A stretch of 64,000 bases of DNA from Octopus vulgaris (lineage: Eukaryota), in assembly GCA_951406725.2 (NCBI GenBank), contig OX597816.1:174840001-174904000 (forward strand), written 5' to 3'. Below, piece after piece: positions 50,101-61,065 of the stretch (positions are counted from its first letter, which is position 1; the number at the start of each line of letters is the position of its first letter). Below the pieces are notes generated by a model. It had not been told where the DNA came from and did not search any database. It saw nothing but the letters and a program-made list of their open reading frames with translations. The position numbers and the translations under genes are program-made.

Positions 50101-50590
50101 CTGATTAATCTTGAGATCGCTCCGATCCGGCCAGCCCCAAGGAAAAACTAAGCTCCGAGCATTAGATTTCTTGGAAAAAGGATCGAATGTATACGAAACA
50201 GGGACAGAGAAACGGATGATGCCACACGAATATAAAATACAAAAAACAATAATGGTAAAAACATGACAAAAACAGCGGGTGTCTTACGACTAATAGACAG
50301 TACAACTTAGTTTAGCTGGTGCATTTGGAAAAAAATGCCTTTTTCGGCAGACGAAGACAACGATCTTCTCATGGCGCTGGTTAGAAGCTGCAAAATACAA
50401 AATGGGACAAGAATGCAAAACATTCAAATAGACGATACTAAAAACGGACGGGTCATTCGAAGCTTCTAATGTTCAGTCAAGAACCGGATCATCCTCGCAA
50501 TTTCGGCTGATTAATCTTGAGATCGCTCCGATCTGGCCAGCCCCAAGGAAAAACTAAGCTACGAGCATTAGATTTCTTGGAAAAAGGATC
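50101..50590 (-). mobile_element. Retrozyme-like non-autonomous repeat, 1.2 copies of a 406-bp monomer
   Basis: 84-bp direct repeat 50101-50184 / 50507-50590 (2 mismatches); homologous in permuted order to about 48190-48630. Confidence 0.6.
50461..50542 (-). ncRNA. Putative rearranged hammerhead ribozyme with kink-turn, copy 3 (G8 mutated)
   Basis: ccagauc GGA gcgaU C ucaaga uuaauc agcc GAAA uugc GAG GAU gauccgg u ucuuga CUGAACA uuaga agcu. Confidence 0.6.
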
Positions 50591-50856
50591 AAAAGCAAAG
50601 CGTATATACTATTCACATGCGCAAAATACATTAATGAACACCATTAAACAATATATTACATTGGATATACCATGCATCGTATATTCATGTAAATACATTA
50701 GAACATATATACACTACTACGCTTATCAGTAACAACAATATTATTGTATTAACAATAATCTTCAACAGATCTTACATACTATAATAATGTCTACTACATA
50801 TCAAAAATTCACGATACAAGATTCAATATATATATTCATACGTATACATATATATC

Positions 50857-51273
50857 TCTTTACTCTCTTTTACTCTTTTACTTGTTTCAGTCATTTGACT
50901 GCGGCCATGCTGGAGCACCGCCTTTAGTCGAGCAAATCGACCCCGGGACTTATTCATTGTAAGCCCAGTACTTATTCTATCAGTCTCTTTTGCCGAACCG
51001 CTAAGTGACGGGGACGTAAACACACCAGCATCGGTTGTCAAGCAATGCTAGGGGGACAAACGCAGACACACAAACACACATACATACATATATATATATA
51101 TACATATATACGACAGGCTTCTTTCAGTTTCCGTCTACCAAATCCACTCACAAGGCATTGGTCGGCCCGGGGCTATAGCAGAAGACACTTGCCCATGATG
51201 CCACGCAGTGGGACTGAACCCGGAACCATGTGGTTGGTTAGCAAGCTACTTACCACACAGCCACTCCTGCGCC
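50857..51273 (-). mobile_element. tRNA-derived SINE family A, complete copy
   Basis: Full head, body and (TAAAAGAG)n tail. Confidence 0.88.
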
Positions 51274-51569
51274 AATACATGCGTATACAAAATTACATGC
51301 GTATAATCATATAAATCAGACAAAATATAGTTATTATTTTATACATCCACATAAAGTGAACATATTCAATTTTAAAATCCAAAAGAGTAATTCCAAACTT
51401 TTTGTCAAAGCTGAATTTAATCCACAATATTTATGCTTCTAATATCCGTAAGTTGATGAACAAACTAAATTTGTTTCTCTATTTTCTTATTTGTATTATA
51501 AATTTACGGTAAAAATATTTCTTTACCTTCACCTGTTTAATACAATAAATAAGTTAATTGCATTGCAAT

Positions 51570-52000
51570 ATTGTCATTCTGTAGTCTTTTGATAGTGAAC
51601 TTTTCTTCCTTAGTGATATTTGGTTTGGGAAGTTTCGCTTGTTCCAGCACTTGTCTCATTTTCCACCTTAGTTCATCTCCCTGAGCTTTTGGTATCTTTT
51701 TGGTTATCTCTTAAATAGAGGCTGTTATGTCCAAGTATGGAATATGCTTGATGGTTGTCACAAAGTTGAGACCTTTATTCAGTACTGTTTCTTCAGAGCT
51801 TTCTAGATGTCGGCTGCTTACATTAATTCAGAGGTGGGAGATGGATTTCAGTCTTCATTCTCTGACCTTTGAGTTTCATTAACTTTTTAATTTGGCGTGT
51901 CTTCACCATTTCAAATTCTTTCATGTATGACTTTTCCAGATCTTGTTGGATTCTCTTTCTATCATCATCTCTGGTTATTTTCCAAAACGTTGTGTTAACA
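51570..52000 (-). mobile_element. Penelope-like element N-terminal fragment
   Basis: NVSSRHLESSEETVLNKGLNFVTT resembles the N.S...L...E..VL.KGLNF motif upstream of PLE RT. Confidence 0.65.
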
Positions 52001-52233
52001 ACAAACAAGATGAGGACAAATATCCATTAAATGTAAATAGTGTAAATAATGTAAATAATGCACATAGTTCCTCATCTCTTTAATATAGAACTGTAAAAAA
52101 TAACTGTCCAACCATACTCCTTCTTGTTGACTCTACTTTATTCAATTTTATTTTCACACACAATAAATATCTAAATCTAGACTTGGAAGACTATTGTAAT
52201 ACTACCGGCTATTTGGTGAACGAGCGTTATTTT

Positions 52234-52705
52234 GAGAGCAAGAGATGTAGTAGATAACATTGCTGGAGGTGCAGGTAAAAGAGTCAGTGATGTGGTAGTG
52301 CTGGTAGTGGTTGCTGGTAAGAATAGTGGTGTTGGAGTGGTAGGAGTAGGTGTGACAGCATTGGTGAGAGCAGGGGAAGGAGCCAGTTTGGGTGCCAGGA
52401 GTAGAGAAGAAACAGTAGACCAGAAGGTCTTGCAGGTTATGGGCGCATTTAAAAGAGAGAAAGGGTGGGTTAGGGAAGAAGTGGGAATTGGAGGGGCCAG
52501 ACTGGAGTCAAGGGACGGCTCAGAGAATGGTGTGTTGGAGAGTAGGGTGGAGGGGAGGTTGGTGGGAAAGGGTGGGGTGGGTGTAGGGAAAGAGAACAGA
52601 GGCACAGTCAATGGATCGTGCTCAGGTAAGGGCAGTTTGGATAATGTAGTGAGAAGTGGTAAGCCATGAGTTGAGACTGGGTCTCAAAGTTAAGGTCATC
52701 ACTGC
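52234..52705 (-). repeat. 472-bp near-identical duplicate of 57786-58257 (Penelope-like segment)
   Basis: Direct comparison; only one mismatch noticed. Confidence 0.92.
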
Positions 52706-53454
52706 TACGTTCCTAATTAAATATACCTTAAATAAATAAACAAATATATATATATATAATTCAAATTTACAGAAAACAAAAGATGAAGACAGATGAGGGA
52801 ACAACAATTAGGTGTATTAGCTTAACGCTCGAGAAGAATGGAAAAGTCTTTGATGTTTTGAGCCTATGCTCTTTGAAAAAAGGGAGAGATAATGAAAAAG
52901 TAGAGAGAAAAAATGTGTAGGGACTAATGGTTCAATATGATAAAATGACCAGAAGAAAGCTGAGTGAAAGGGAGATAATAATGGTGACTCAGCTGAACTA
53001 GGGTGTGCATGTGTGTATGTGAGGATGGTGTGTGTGGGTGTGTATATGTGAATGGAAGCAAGCACGTGTAAATGTATGTGTGGACAAGCTTAAAATATGT
53101 GTGTGAGAGTATGTGTATAAGTAACCTAGTGTGTGTATTTTGTGGAGTGATGTGCATTTCATGTATCTATGTGTATGTGTGCCTGCAAATGGATGTGTGT
53201 ATATGTATGTGAGGCTATCGTGTGTGTATGTTAGTGCATGGAGTGTGTGTGTGTCTAACCCTATAGAGTGCATGTATATGTTTCTGTGCAATATGTATAT
53301 ATATATACATATATATGCATTTATGTGTTGTGTGTGCTTTTTGGAGTGAATACTGCATGTTGTGAGGGAATGCATAGAGGTACGAGGTGGGATAGGGGTG
53401 ACAAGAGTTAGGGATTGGGAAGTATTAGGTGCTAGTCTGTGAATGCATGTGGGA

Positions 53455-54143
53455 AAAGAAAAGAAACAGATCCAGAGCAAACGCTCAAATGAAGAAAGGC
53501 CAGTATGTATCCATTACAGGCACAACAAGTGCAAACATGGTCTTTCAGGTACAGGGTGCATGTACAGTCACCCCAAACCATGCAGACCATATATCAACTT
53601 CGGTACTGATCGAAAAAAAGGATGCCAAAATGGCCGAGAATGTGAACTCCTTCACCCAAAGATGTGCCGCAATTTGCTGAGAAAAAAAGAATGTTTTGGT
53701 GAGAATTGCAAATTTATGCACCGGAAGGGTACAATTCGCATAAAAACTACTGAACCCACACCACCAGGACCAAGCTCAGCAGGGTATGAAAACCATTTCC
53801 CAAAAATGCGGAACCCAGGTCATGGCTCAACAGTGAATGAAAATCATGCTACTCAATTGCATACATCAGCTGTAACAAACCCAAACTCGCAGAAATTCGA
53901 TATAGTAATGAATGAAAGCAGTTTTTTAGGCATAATTTACCAACAACAACAACAGCTGTATACTCCATACAGACGACTCAGCAAAACCAGGCAACATTGA
54001 TACAAAGGCTGACACCTGGACTTACAGGGCACATACAACAAATACAGACAGCCCAGCAGACCGAATATCCAGTCAGCACAGTCCCAGCAACTACAACAGT
54101 CTTGCCAACAATAGGGCAGATGTATCCGGTACAACAAGCATAA
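53455..54143 (+). pseudogene. LINE ORF1 remnant with tandem CCCH-type zinc fingers and Q-rich C-terminus
   Basis: CIHYRHNKCKHGLSGTGCMYSH / CRPYINFGTDRKKGCQNGRECELLH / CRNLLRKKECFGENCKFMH; probable frameshift near the (CAA)n run at 53941. Confidence 0.7.
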
Positions 54144-54199
54144 TAACAGCAAATATCCAGGGTCTTTATCCGAAAACAAAACAGTGTAAAGTCCCTTTC

Positions 54200-57121
54200 T
54201 TGGAAGAATTAGCAACAGAAAACAACTCCAAAATAATTGGAATTACTGAAAGTCATCTCAACGAAAACATCCGCAACAGCGAAATCACAATCAATAGATT
54301 CAACATCTTCAGATGTGATAGACAAGGCAGATCCCATGGGGGCGTTATCATGTATATCCATGATACCTATGCAGGCATAGAACTTGTCAATGAATCAAAT
54401 GCCTACTGCAACCTGCTGTGCATAAAAATCATCCAACTTAATACAGTTGTAACAATAATGTACAGACCGCCAAACAGCCCAACATTATCCTTCACTGAGC
54501 CACTGACGACGCTCCAACAAATTCTGGGAAACATGGCAAGTCCAATGCCAGACATTATCCTCCTTGGTGACTTCAACTTCCCTAACATCATCTGGCCACA
54601 TGGACACATACTAAAACTGGGGACAAAAGCTGAACAAATACAGGCAGCCAAACTGTTGGAAGTCACAGAGAAATTATACCTCAAACAAATGATGACAGAA
54701 GCAACAAGAAATAATAATACGATCGACTTGGTTTTCACCAACAACGAGGACACACTATTTGACCTTCACTCAACCCCAACAATCCTTTCAGACCACAATA
54801 TTATTGAAATGCATTTACACATTGGTAATGAGCCCAATGCCACAACTCTTAAACAAAAGGACATGCCAAAGCTATGCAGGTATGATTATCACCAGGCAAA
54901 TTGGGAAACTATTAACAACCAGTTACAAATCATTGACTGGGATCTCTACCTTACTGGGCCAGATAAACACAAGAAATTCTTAAACAAGATCGAAGAAATA
55001 TGTGAAAAAAATGTTCCTCTAAAGAAAACCAAGTCCACAAAAAAACCTGTACCTCGGGAGCGAAAGATCCTGATGCGCAAAAGGTCAAGACTAAGAAACA
55101 AAACATCTAAGCTGACATCAAAACATGAATTACAGAAAGTCCTTGACCAAATATACAGATTAGAAGACAATCTAAAACAACACTATGATGAAGAATGTAA
55201 CAATGCAGAAAAGAGAGCCATAGAAAACATCAAGAAAAATCCAAAATGTTTCTACAGTTTTGCAAAGAAATACTCGAACACCAAGTCAACAATAGGACCT
55301 CTCCAGAGACAAAATGGGGATGTAGTGAATAACCCTGTTGAAATGGCAGAAATGTTGGGTCAACAGTATGAAAGTGTCTTCAGTGAGCCATCTAAAACCA
55401 TGAAGATCCATGACCCAGGAAAATTCTTCAAGGATATCGACCATACTAAACCTACCCTATCCGACATAGATTTCAACCCAGAAGACATAGCAAGAGCCAT
55501 AGACAAGCACTCCATGCACTCGGCTGCGGGGCCTGACGGTTTCAATGCCATGATACTTAAAAACTGCAAGGTACAATTGTCGAAACCCCTTTACATGATA
55601 TGGAGGGAATCTATGGAGAATGGCAAAATACCAAATACATATAAAGAAGCACACATAACTCCAATACATAAAGGGGACAGCAAATCAAAACCAAAGAACT
55701 ACCGACCAATCTCACTGACATCACACATTATCAAGGTCTTCGAAAGAATAGTTCGTGGAAAACTGGTTGAGTTCCTGGAATCCAACAATCTGATGAATTG
55801 CAACCAGCATGGATTCAGGTTAGGTAGATCATGTCTTTCCCAACTACTGGCACACCATGACCAAATCCTAGAAAATCTAGAGAATGGATACAACACAGAT
55901 GTTATTTACCTCGACTTTGCCAAGGCATTTGACAAGGTAGATCATGGTCACAAACTTCGAAAGCTAGGAGTAGGAGGAAAAGTTGGTACATGGATACATG
56001 AGTTCCTTACAAATAGAACTCAAACAGTCACTGTGAGTGGAACCCATTCAACACCATCACCTGTGACCAGCAGTGTTCCTCAGGGTACAGTACTCGGCCC
56101 AATCCTGTTTCTTATCCTCATCTCTGACATAGATGAAGATACAACCAGCAACGTCTCATCCTTTGCTGATGACACCAGGGTCATGAGACAAATCAAAGAC
56201 GAGGTGGATACAGAGGCCTTACAAAAGGACCTGACCACCATATATAAATGGCAGGAAACAAACAACATGTTGTTCAATGATAAGAAGTTTGAACTAATTC
56301 GCTACGGAACAGATCAAGATCTGAAAAACACAACAAACTGCAGAAACCTATCAGGACAACAAATAATGGAAAAACAGTATGTGAAAGATTTAGGCATCCA
56401 CATGGGAACCAACCTAAAATTCAGAGAACACCTTGACTCAGTCTGTCTTACTGCAAGAAAGTACAGCGGGTGGATCTTGCGCACCTTCAAATCAAGAGAT
56501 ACCTCAACAATGAAAACCCTCTGGAACAGTATCATACTTCCGAGGATTGACTACTGTTCTCAGTTATGGTCACCAACAACAAAAGGCCAACTATCTAAGA
56601 TAGAATCGCTCCAAAGAAATTTTACCTCATACTTCTCAGAAACGAGGGACCTGGACTATTGGCAAAGACTCAAAACCTTGAGGATGTACTCAATAGAAAG
56701 AAGATTTGAGCGATACCGAATTATATACATTTGGAAAATGATAGAGCAGAAGGTGCCAAACTTTGGTATCAAAACCTACCACTCACTGCGCCACGGAAGA
56801 CGCTGCCAGCTGCCACCAATCAACAAAAAGGCTGGCCAGGCAGCAAAAACCCTGCGAGAATCAAGTCTGTTGGTTCGAGGAGCACAACTGTTCAACTCCA
56901 TTCCGGTACATGTCAGAAATCTATCAGGATGCAGTGTGGAATCATTCAAATTGCAGCTGGATAGATACTTAAGCACCATTAGAGATGAACCCCATCTCCC
57001 AGGATATACACAACGAGCACAAACTGACTCAAACTCGCTCCTACACATGTCAAAATTAAGCAGAGAATATAACCTGGCAACCACACCAGACTCTGAGGGT
57101 GGAGTCTTCGACTTGGCCTGA
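54200..57121 (+). CDS. LINE ORF2, APE endonuclease + reverse transcriptase
   Basis: ITESHL, YRPP, GDFNFP, SDHN, GPDG, NYRPISLTS, QHGFR, DFAKAFDKVDH, PQGTVLGP, FADDT; frame is open upstream (ANIQGL) without an ATG. Confidence 0.92.
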   Translation: MEELATENNSKIIGITESHLNENIRNSEITINRFNIFRCDRQGRSHGGVIMYIHDTYAGIELVNESNAYCNLLCIKIIQLNTVVTIMYRPPNSPTLSFTEPLTTLQQILGNMASPMPDIILLGDFNFPNIIWPHGHILKLGTKAEQIQAAKLLEVTEKLYLKQMMTEATRNNNTIDLVFTNNEDTLFDLHSTPTILSDHNIIEMHLHIGNEPNATTLKQKDMPKLCRYDYHQANWETINNQLQIIDWDLYLTGPDKHKKFLNKIEEICEKNVPLKKTKSTKKPVPRERKILMRKRSRLRNKTSKLTSKHELQKVLDQIYRLEDNLKQHYDEECNNAEKRAIENIKKNPKCFYSFAKKYSNTKSTIGPLQRQNGDVVNNPVEMAEMLGQQYESVFSEPSKTMKIHDPGKFFKDIDHTKPTLSDIDFNPEDIARAIDKHSMHSAAGPDGFNAMILKNCKVQLSKPLYMIWRESMENGKIPNTYKEAHITPIHKGDSKSKPKNYRPISLTSHIIKVFERIVRGKLVEFLESNNLMNCNQHGFRLGRSCLSQLLAHHDQILENLENGYNTDVIYLDFAKAFDKVDHGHKLRKLGVGGKVGTWIHEFLTNRTQTVTVSGTHSTPSPVTSSVPQGTVLGPILFLILISDIDEDTTSNVSSFADDTRVMRQIKDEVDTEALQKDLTTIYKWQETNNMLFNDKKFELIRYGTDQDLKNTTNCRNLSGQQIMEKQYVKDLGIHMGTNLKFREHLDSVCLTARKYSGWILRTFKSRDTSTMKTLWNSIILPRIDYCSQLWSPTTKGQLSKIESLQRNFTSYFSETRDLDYWQRLKTLRMYSIERRFERYRIIYIWKMIEQKVPNFGIKTYHSLRHGRRCQLPPINKKAGQAAKTLRESSLLVRGAQLFNSIPVHVRNLSGCSVESFKLQLDRYLSTIRDEPHLPGYTQRAQTDSNSLLHMSKLSREYNLATTPDSEGGVFDLA

Positions 57122-57559
57122 GCATGGACTCAAACCCAAATGAAATGAAATGAAATGAAATGGGAGTGTGCCTAATGGTGTGTGGGGCGGGTACTGAGTT
57201 GAACAGTGTTCAGGAGCGTTCATATAATAGTGTGTGTGGTGAGGATATTGGAGAGTGTGTGGGTGTGTGCTGTGTGTATAATAGTATGTGGTGTGGATAC
57301 TGGGAGGTGTTGGGTGCTAGTATGTGTGGAGTTGGAAGCTGAGTGTGTATAGGTGTGTGCATAATGGTGTGTGGTGTGGGCACTGAGTTGAGCAGTGTGT
57401 GTGGGTATTTGTATAATGGTGTATGTGGTAAGGGTACTGGGTTAGGTGGTGTACAGGTGTGGGGGTGGTAGGTGTGTGGGTGGTAGGTGTGTGGGTGGGA
57501 GGTGTGTGGGAATATGTGTGAGGTTAGTGTGAGATGAATAGAGATGGTAAATTAAGGTC

Positions 57560-58890
57560 ATAAGGAGCAAAGGAATGAAGAGAAAAGATTAATTCCTGTT
57601 TACAATGGAGGCAGGAGTGTGGGTGGCACCTGTGCTAAGACAGTCCAAACACAGACAGATGTTGTAGTGAATGACTGGTGGAGTGGAAGTGGCATGAGAC
57701 TTGCCAAGTCTGATGTCTCAGAGGTACTCAGTGAACTGGTCAGTCAAGCAGTGTCCTATTTGACCAATGTACAGGGAAGGACAGAGAGAGCAAGAGATGT
57801 AGTAGATAACATTGCTGGAGGTGCAGGTAAAAGAGTCAGTGATGTGGTAGTGCTGGTAGTGGTTGCTGGTAAGAATAGTGGTGTTGGAGTGGTAGGAGTA
57901 GGTGTGACAGCATTGGTGAGAGCAGGGGAAGGAGCCAGTTTGGGTGCCAGGAGTAGAGAAGAAACAGTAGACCAGAAGGTCTTGCAGGTTATGGGCGCAT
58001 TTAAAAGAGAGAAAGGGTGGGTCAGGGAAGAAGTGGGAATTGGAGGGGCCAGACTGGAGTCAAGGGACGGCTCAGAGAATGGTGTGTTGGAGAGTAGGGT
58101 GGAGGGGAGGTTGGTGGGAAAGGGTGGGGTGGGTGTAGGGAAAGAGAACAGAGGCACAGTCAATGGATCGTGCTCAGGTAAGGGCAGTTTGGATAATGTA
58201 GTGAGAAGTGGTAAGCCATGAGTTGAGACTGGGTCTCAAAGTTAAGGTCATCACTGCAGAGATGGTGTAGTAAGGGTTGGAGAATTTGGTATGGGTAGGT
58301 TGGGAGGAGAAGTTGAGATAAGAGTGTGTGTGTTTGTAGTGGATGGAGGTGGTAAAGGAAATGTCAAGGGATTCAATGGAGGAGTTCAAGACAGTGCAAA
58401 ATTCGAGGGTAGGATGGAAGGACTGGATGAAGGAAAGGAAGGAGTAAAGATGTTCACGGGAGAGTGAGGTCATGCCAATACAGTCATTGATATAACAACT
58501 GTATAGCTCAGGAGTAGGACCAGTGAACTGTGAAAATATTTGTGCCTCAACATAACTAATGAACAGGTTTGCATAGTTGGGTCCCATTCTCGTTCCCATG
58601 GTCCACATTCCCAAGACCTATTGGTAAAACTACCTGTGAATGAGAAGCAGTTGAGGGAGAGGACAAATTCAGCCAAAGAAGTGTGGAGGTGGGACAGGTG
58701 AAGGCAGCCAGGGTTGTTGAGCTTGTGGATTTTGGGAAGGAAGTAAATAGTGGGGCATGGACAAAAAGGTTGGAGGTGATGATGAGAAGATGGGAGGAGG
58801 AAATGAGGTCATGAATGGTGGAAGATACAATCCGTTGGTAGTTTGGCATAGGGTTGGAGGGCAGAGGGCAATAGGAGGAGGTGTCTTGAA
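57560..58890 (-). mobile_element. Penelope-like element (RT + GIY-YIG), heavily frameshifted
   Basis: LAEFVLSLNCFSF, MGTRMGPNYANLF, CYINDCIG, FTCTSSNVIYYISCSLCPSLYIGQ. Confidence 0.85.
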
Positions 58891-58941
58891 GTATATATAC
58901 ACACACACATACACACATCTATATATATATATATATCATCA

Positions 58942-59158
58942 TCACATGACCGACCAGTCCATCAGATGTAGTTACACATCGCTGGTCACAATGCGTTCGC
59001 ATTGTTTTAGCCTTCGAATGACGCCACCCCGCTGGCTAAGCGAGCAGGCCAACAGAAGAAAGAGTGGGAGAAAGAGTGATGAAAGAGTACAGCAGGGATC
59101 ACCACCCCCTGCCGGAGCCTCGTGGAGCTTTTAGGTGTTTTCGCTCAATAAATACTCA
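58942..59158 (-). mobile_element. SINE family B, head missing
   Basis: Near-identical to 8762-8980. Confidence 0.85.
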
Positions 59159-59177
59159 TATATATATATATATATAT

Positions 59178-61065
59178 GGCCTGCTCACCTTACAGACAGC
59201 ATTCCTGTACAGGGCTTGTACAGCACTTACCAACCAGTCATCTATCCCCAGTTTCCGCATTGACCACCAGATAAGGGATTGGGGGACCCTGTCAATGGCT
59301 TTCTCCAAGTTAACAAAAGCCAAGTACAGAGGTTTATCTTTGGCTAGATATTTCTCCTGCAGTTGCCTTACCAGAAATGTAGCATCAGTGGTGCTTCTGC
59401 CAGGCACAAAACCAAACTGCATCTCATCTAGCTTTTCTCTCTCCCTAATTAGTTGCACTATGACCCTATCTGTAACTTTCATCACCTGATCCAATAGTTT
59501 GATACCCCTGTAGTTATTTCTATCTAAAGCATCATCTTTACTCTTGTAGCAGTTGACTATGGCACTGCTGCACCAGTCATTGGGTATGACTCCTTCATAA
59601 ACTGATTTACAATGCAGGTGACAAGACTATAACCCACACCGCCCAATATTTTAAGCATCTCAGCAGTGATTCCTGATGGGCTAGGTGCTTTCCCTATCTT
59701 CATATCCTTATTTGCTTTATCTACCAGGGTACTGTCGATTCAAGTAACTGGCCCCTCAATTGGGTCAATCTTTGACAGACTCTCCTCCTCCCATTCATTG
59801 TCCACATACAGCAATCTTTCATAATGGCATCTCCAAGCCTCTTTCTTTGCAGAATCATTAAACGCAAGGGCACTATCATTCATGCAGACACATTTCTCTC
59901 TTATGACATCATGGTTTTCTCTCATACACTGTCTTGTAATCCCAAACACTTAAGTTCTTTGGTCCTCACATCACTGGACATTGGCAAACGTCTTTTCTGC
60001 TACTCCCTTGGCTATATATACCTATCTCCTAGCTTCCCTTTTGGCTATTTGATACATTCTCCTGCTACTCCCACTCTTCCACGCCTGTTTCTTTGCTCTA
60101 ATGGCCCTGTCTACAGTATTTTTCCACCACCATGTTACCCTAGGTCTGGAAGGGACTTGGCACCAGCCACAGACTTGGTCTGTGGTGTTCAGCAAGCTGT
60201 CTTGTAGGAATTTGCAGCTGCCTTCTATTTCACAAGACTGTAGCTCCTACTCCCTATCATCAAATTTTTCAATAAGGATCCCTAAATCTCTGACCATGTG
60301 AAGGGTTCTTAAGCTTCGAAGTCCTTCTTTTCCAGATTGGTCTGCTTTTTGGTAACCTTCTGGCCTCAAGTCTAAAGTCACTAATAACTAGTCTATGCTG
60401 GGGGGTACATTTTCACCAGGGAGGGGCTTTGTATTTAAGAGCAACTATGCACCCCACTGTCTGGTGAGAGTGAAATCAATCTGGCTAGCAGAGTCACCTG
60501 ACTGATAGGTTATCAGGTGGCTAGCTGGCTTCCTGAAGTTGTTGTTGCAAATTAATAGGTTATTCGCTTTGCAGAACTCCAGGAGCCTAGTTCCCTCTTC
60601 ATTTCTGGTGTCAACGTCATGGCCCCCGTGTACACCATGGAAGATACCAGGTTGCTGTTCAACATGCCCATTAAAATCTCCAGTCACAAAGATGAGATCA
60701 TTGTCACTCGTCTTTGAGGTAGCTTTCAGAAGAATATCATAAAAGTGATCCTTCTCTTCATTTCGTAGGCCCACTTGTGTGGCATAGGCAGAGATAATTG
60801 TAGCTATACCATTCTGCAAGACTAGCCTGAGTTTAAGTATTCTACACCCTCACTACTTCTATGACCTTTAGGTATTATACACCCTCACTACTTCTATGAC
60901 CTTATCTACCTATTTCTGTGGAAGAAGTATCTTAACACCCGGTATTATTACCTTCCCAGAAGAGTTTATATCTATGTGCTTTGCTTGTGAGGATTCTGGC
61001 TGAAGCTCCTCTCCACCTTACCTCTTCTATGCAACATACATCAATCAAGTCTCCATTCAAGCATC
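59178..61065 (-). mobile_element. RTE-clade LINE fragment (APE + first half of RT), decayed
   Basis: IISAYATQVG, GDFNGHV, RNEEGTRLLEFC, SQIDF, NYRGIKLL, QFGFVPGRSTTDA, AFVNLEKAIDRVP. Confidence 0.88.

Larger units (their letters stand above)
53455..57160 (+). mobile_element. CR1-group LINE, 5'-truncated in ORF1, (TGAAA)n tail
   Basis: ORF1 remnant with three CCCH-like fingers; ORF2 973+ aa; candidate 5-bp TSD TGGGA at 53450-53454 and 57161-57165. Confidence 0.9.

Noticed and set aside
50461-50542. Twister or HDV-like ribozyme reading of the pseudoknotted motif
   Set aside because: I could not place their conserved cores, whereas UH, GAAA and CUGANGA sit exactly at the helix junctions expected of a hammerhead.
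52232-52669. Gly/Val-rich ORFs here and at 57619-58221
   Set aside because: They are antisense readings of a decayed Penelope-like element.
60843-60903. Short tandem duplications (26 bp here; ~28 bp at 2960-3020)
   Set aside because: Ordinary local duplications with no sign of function.
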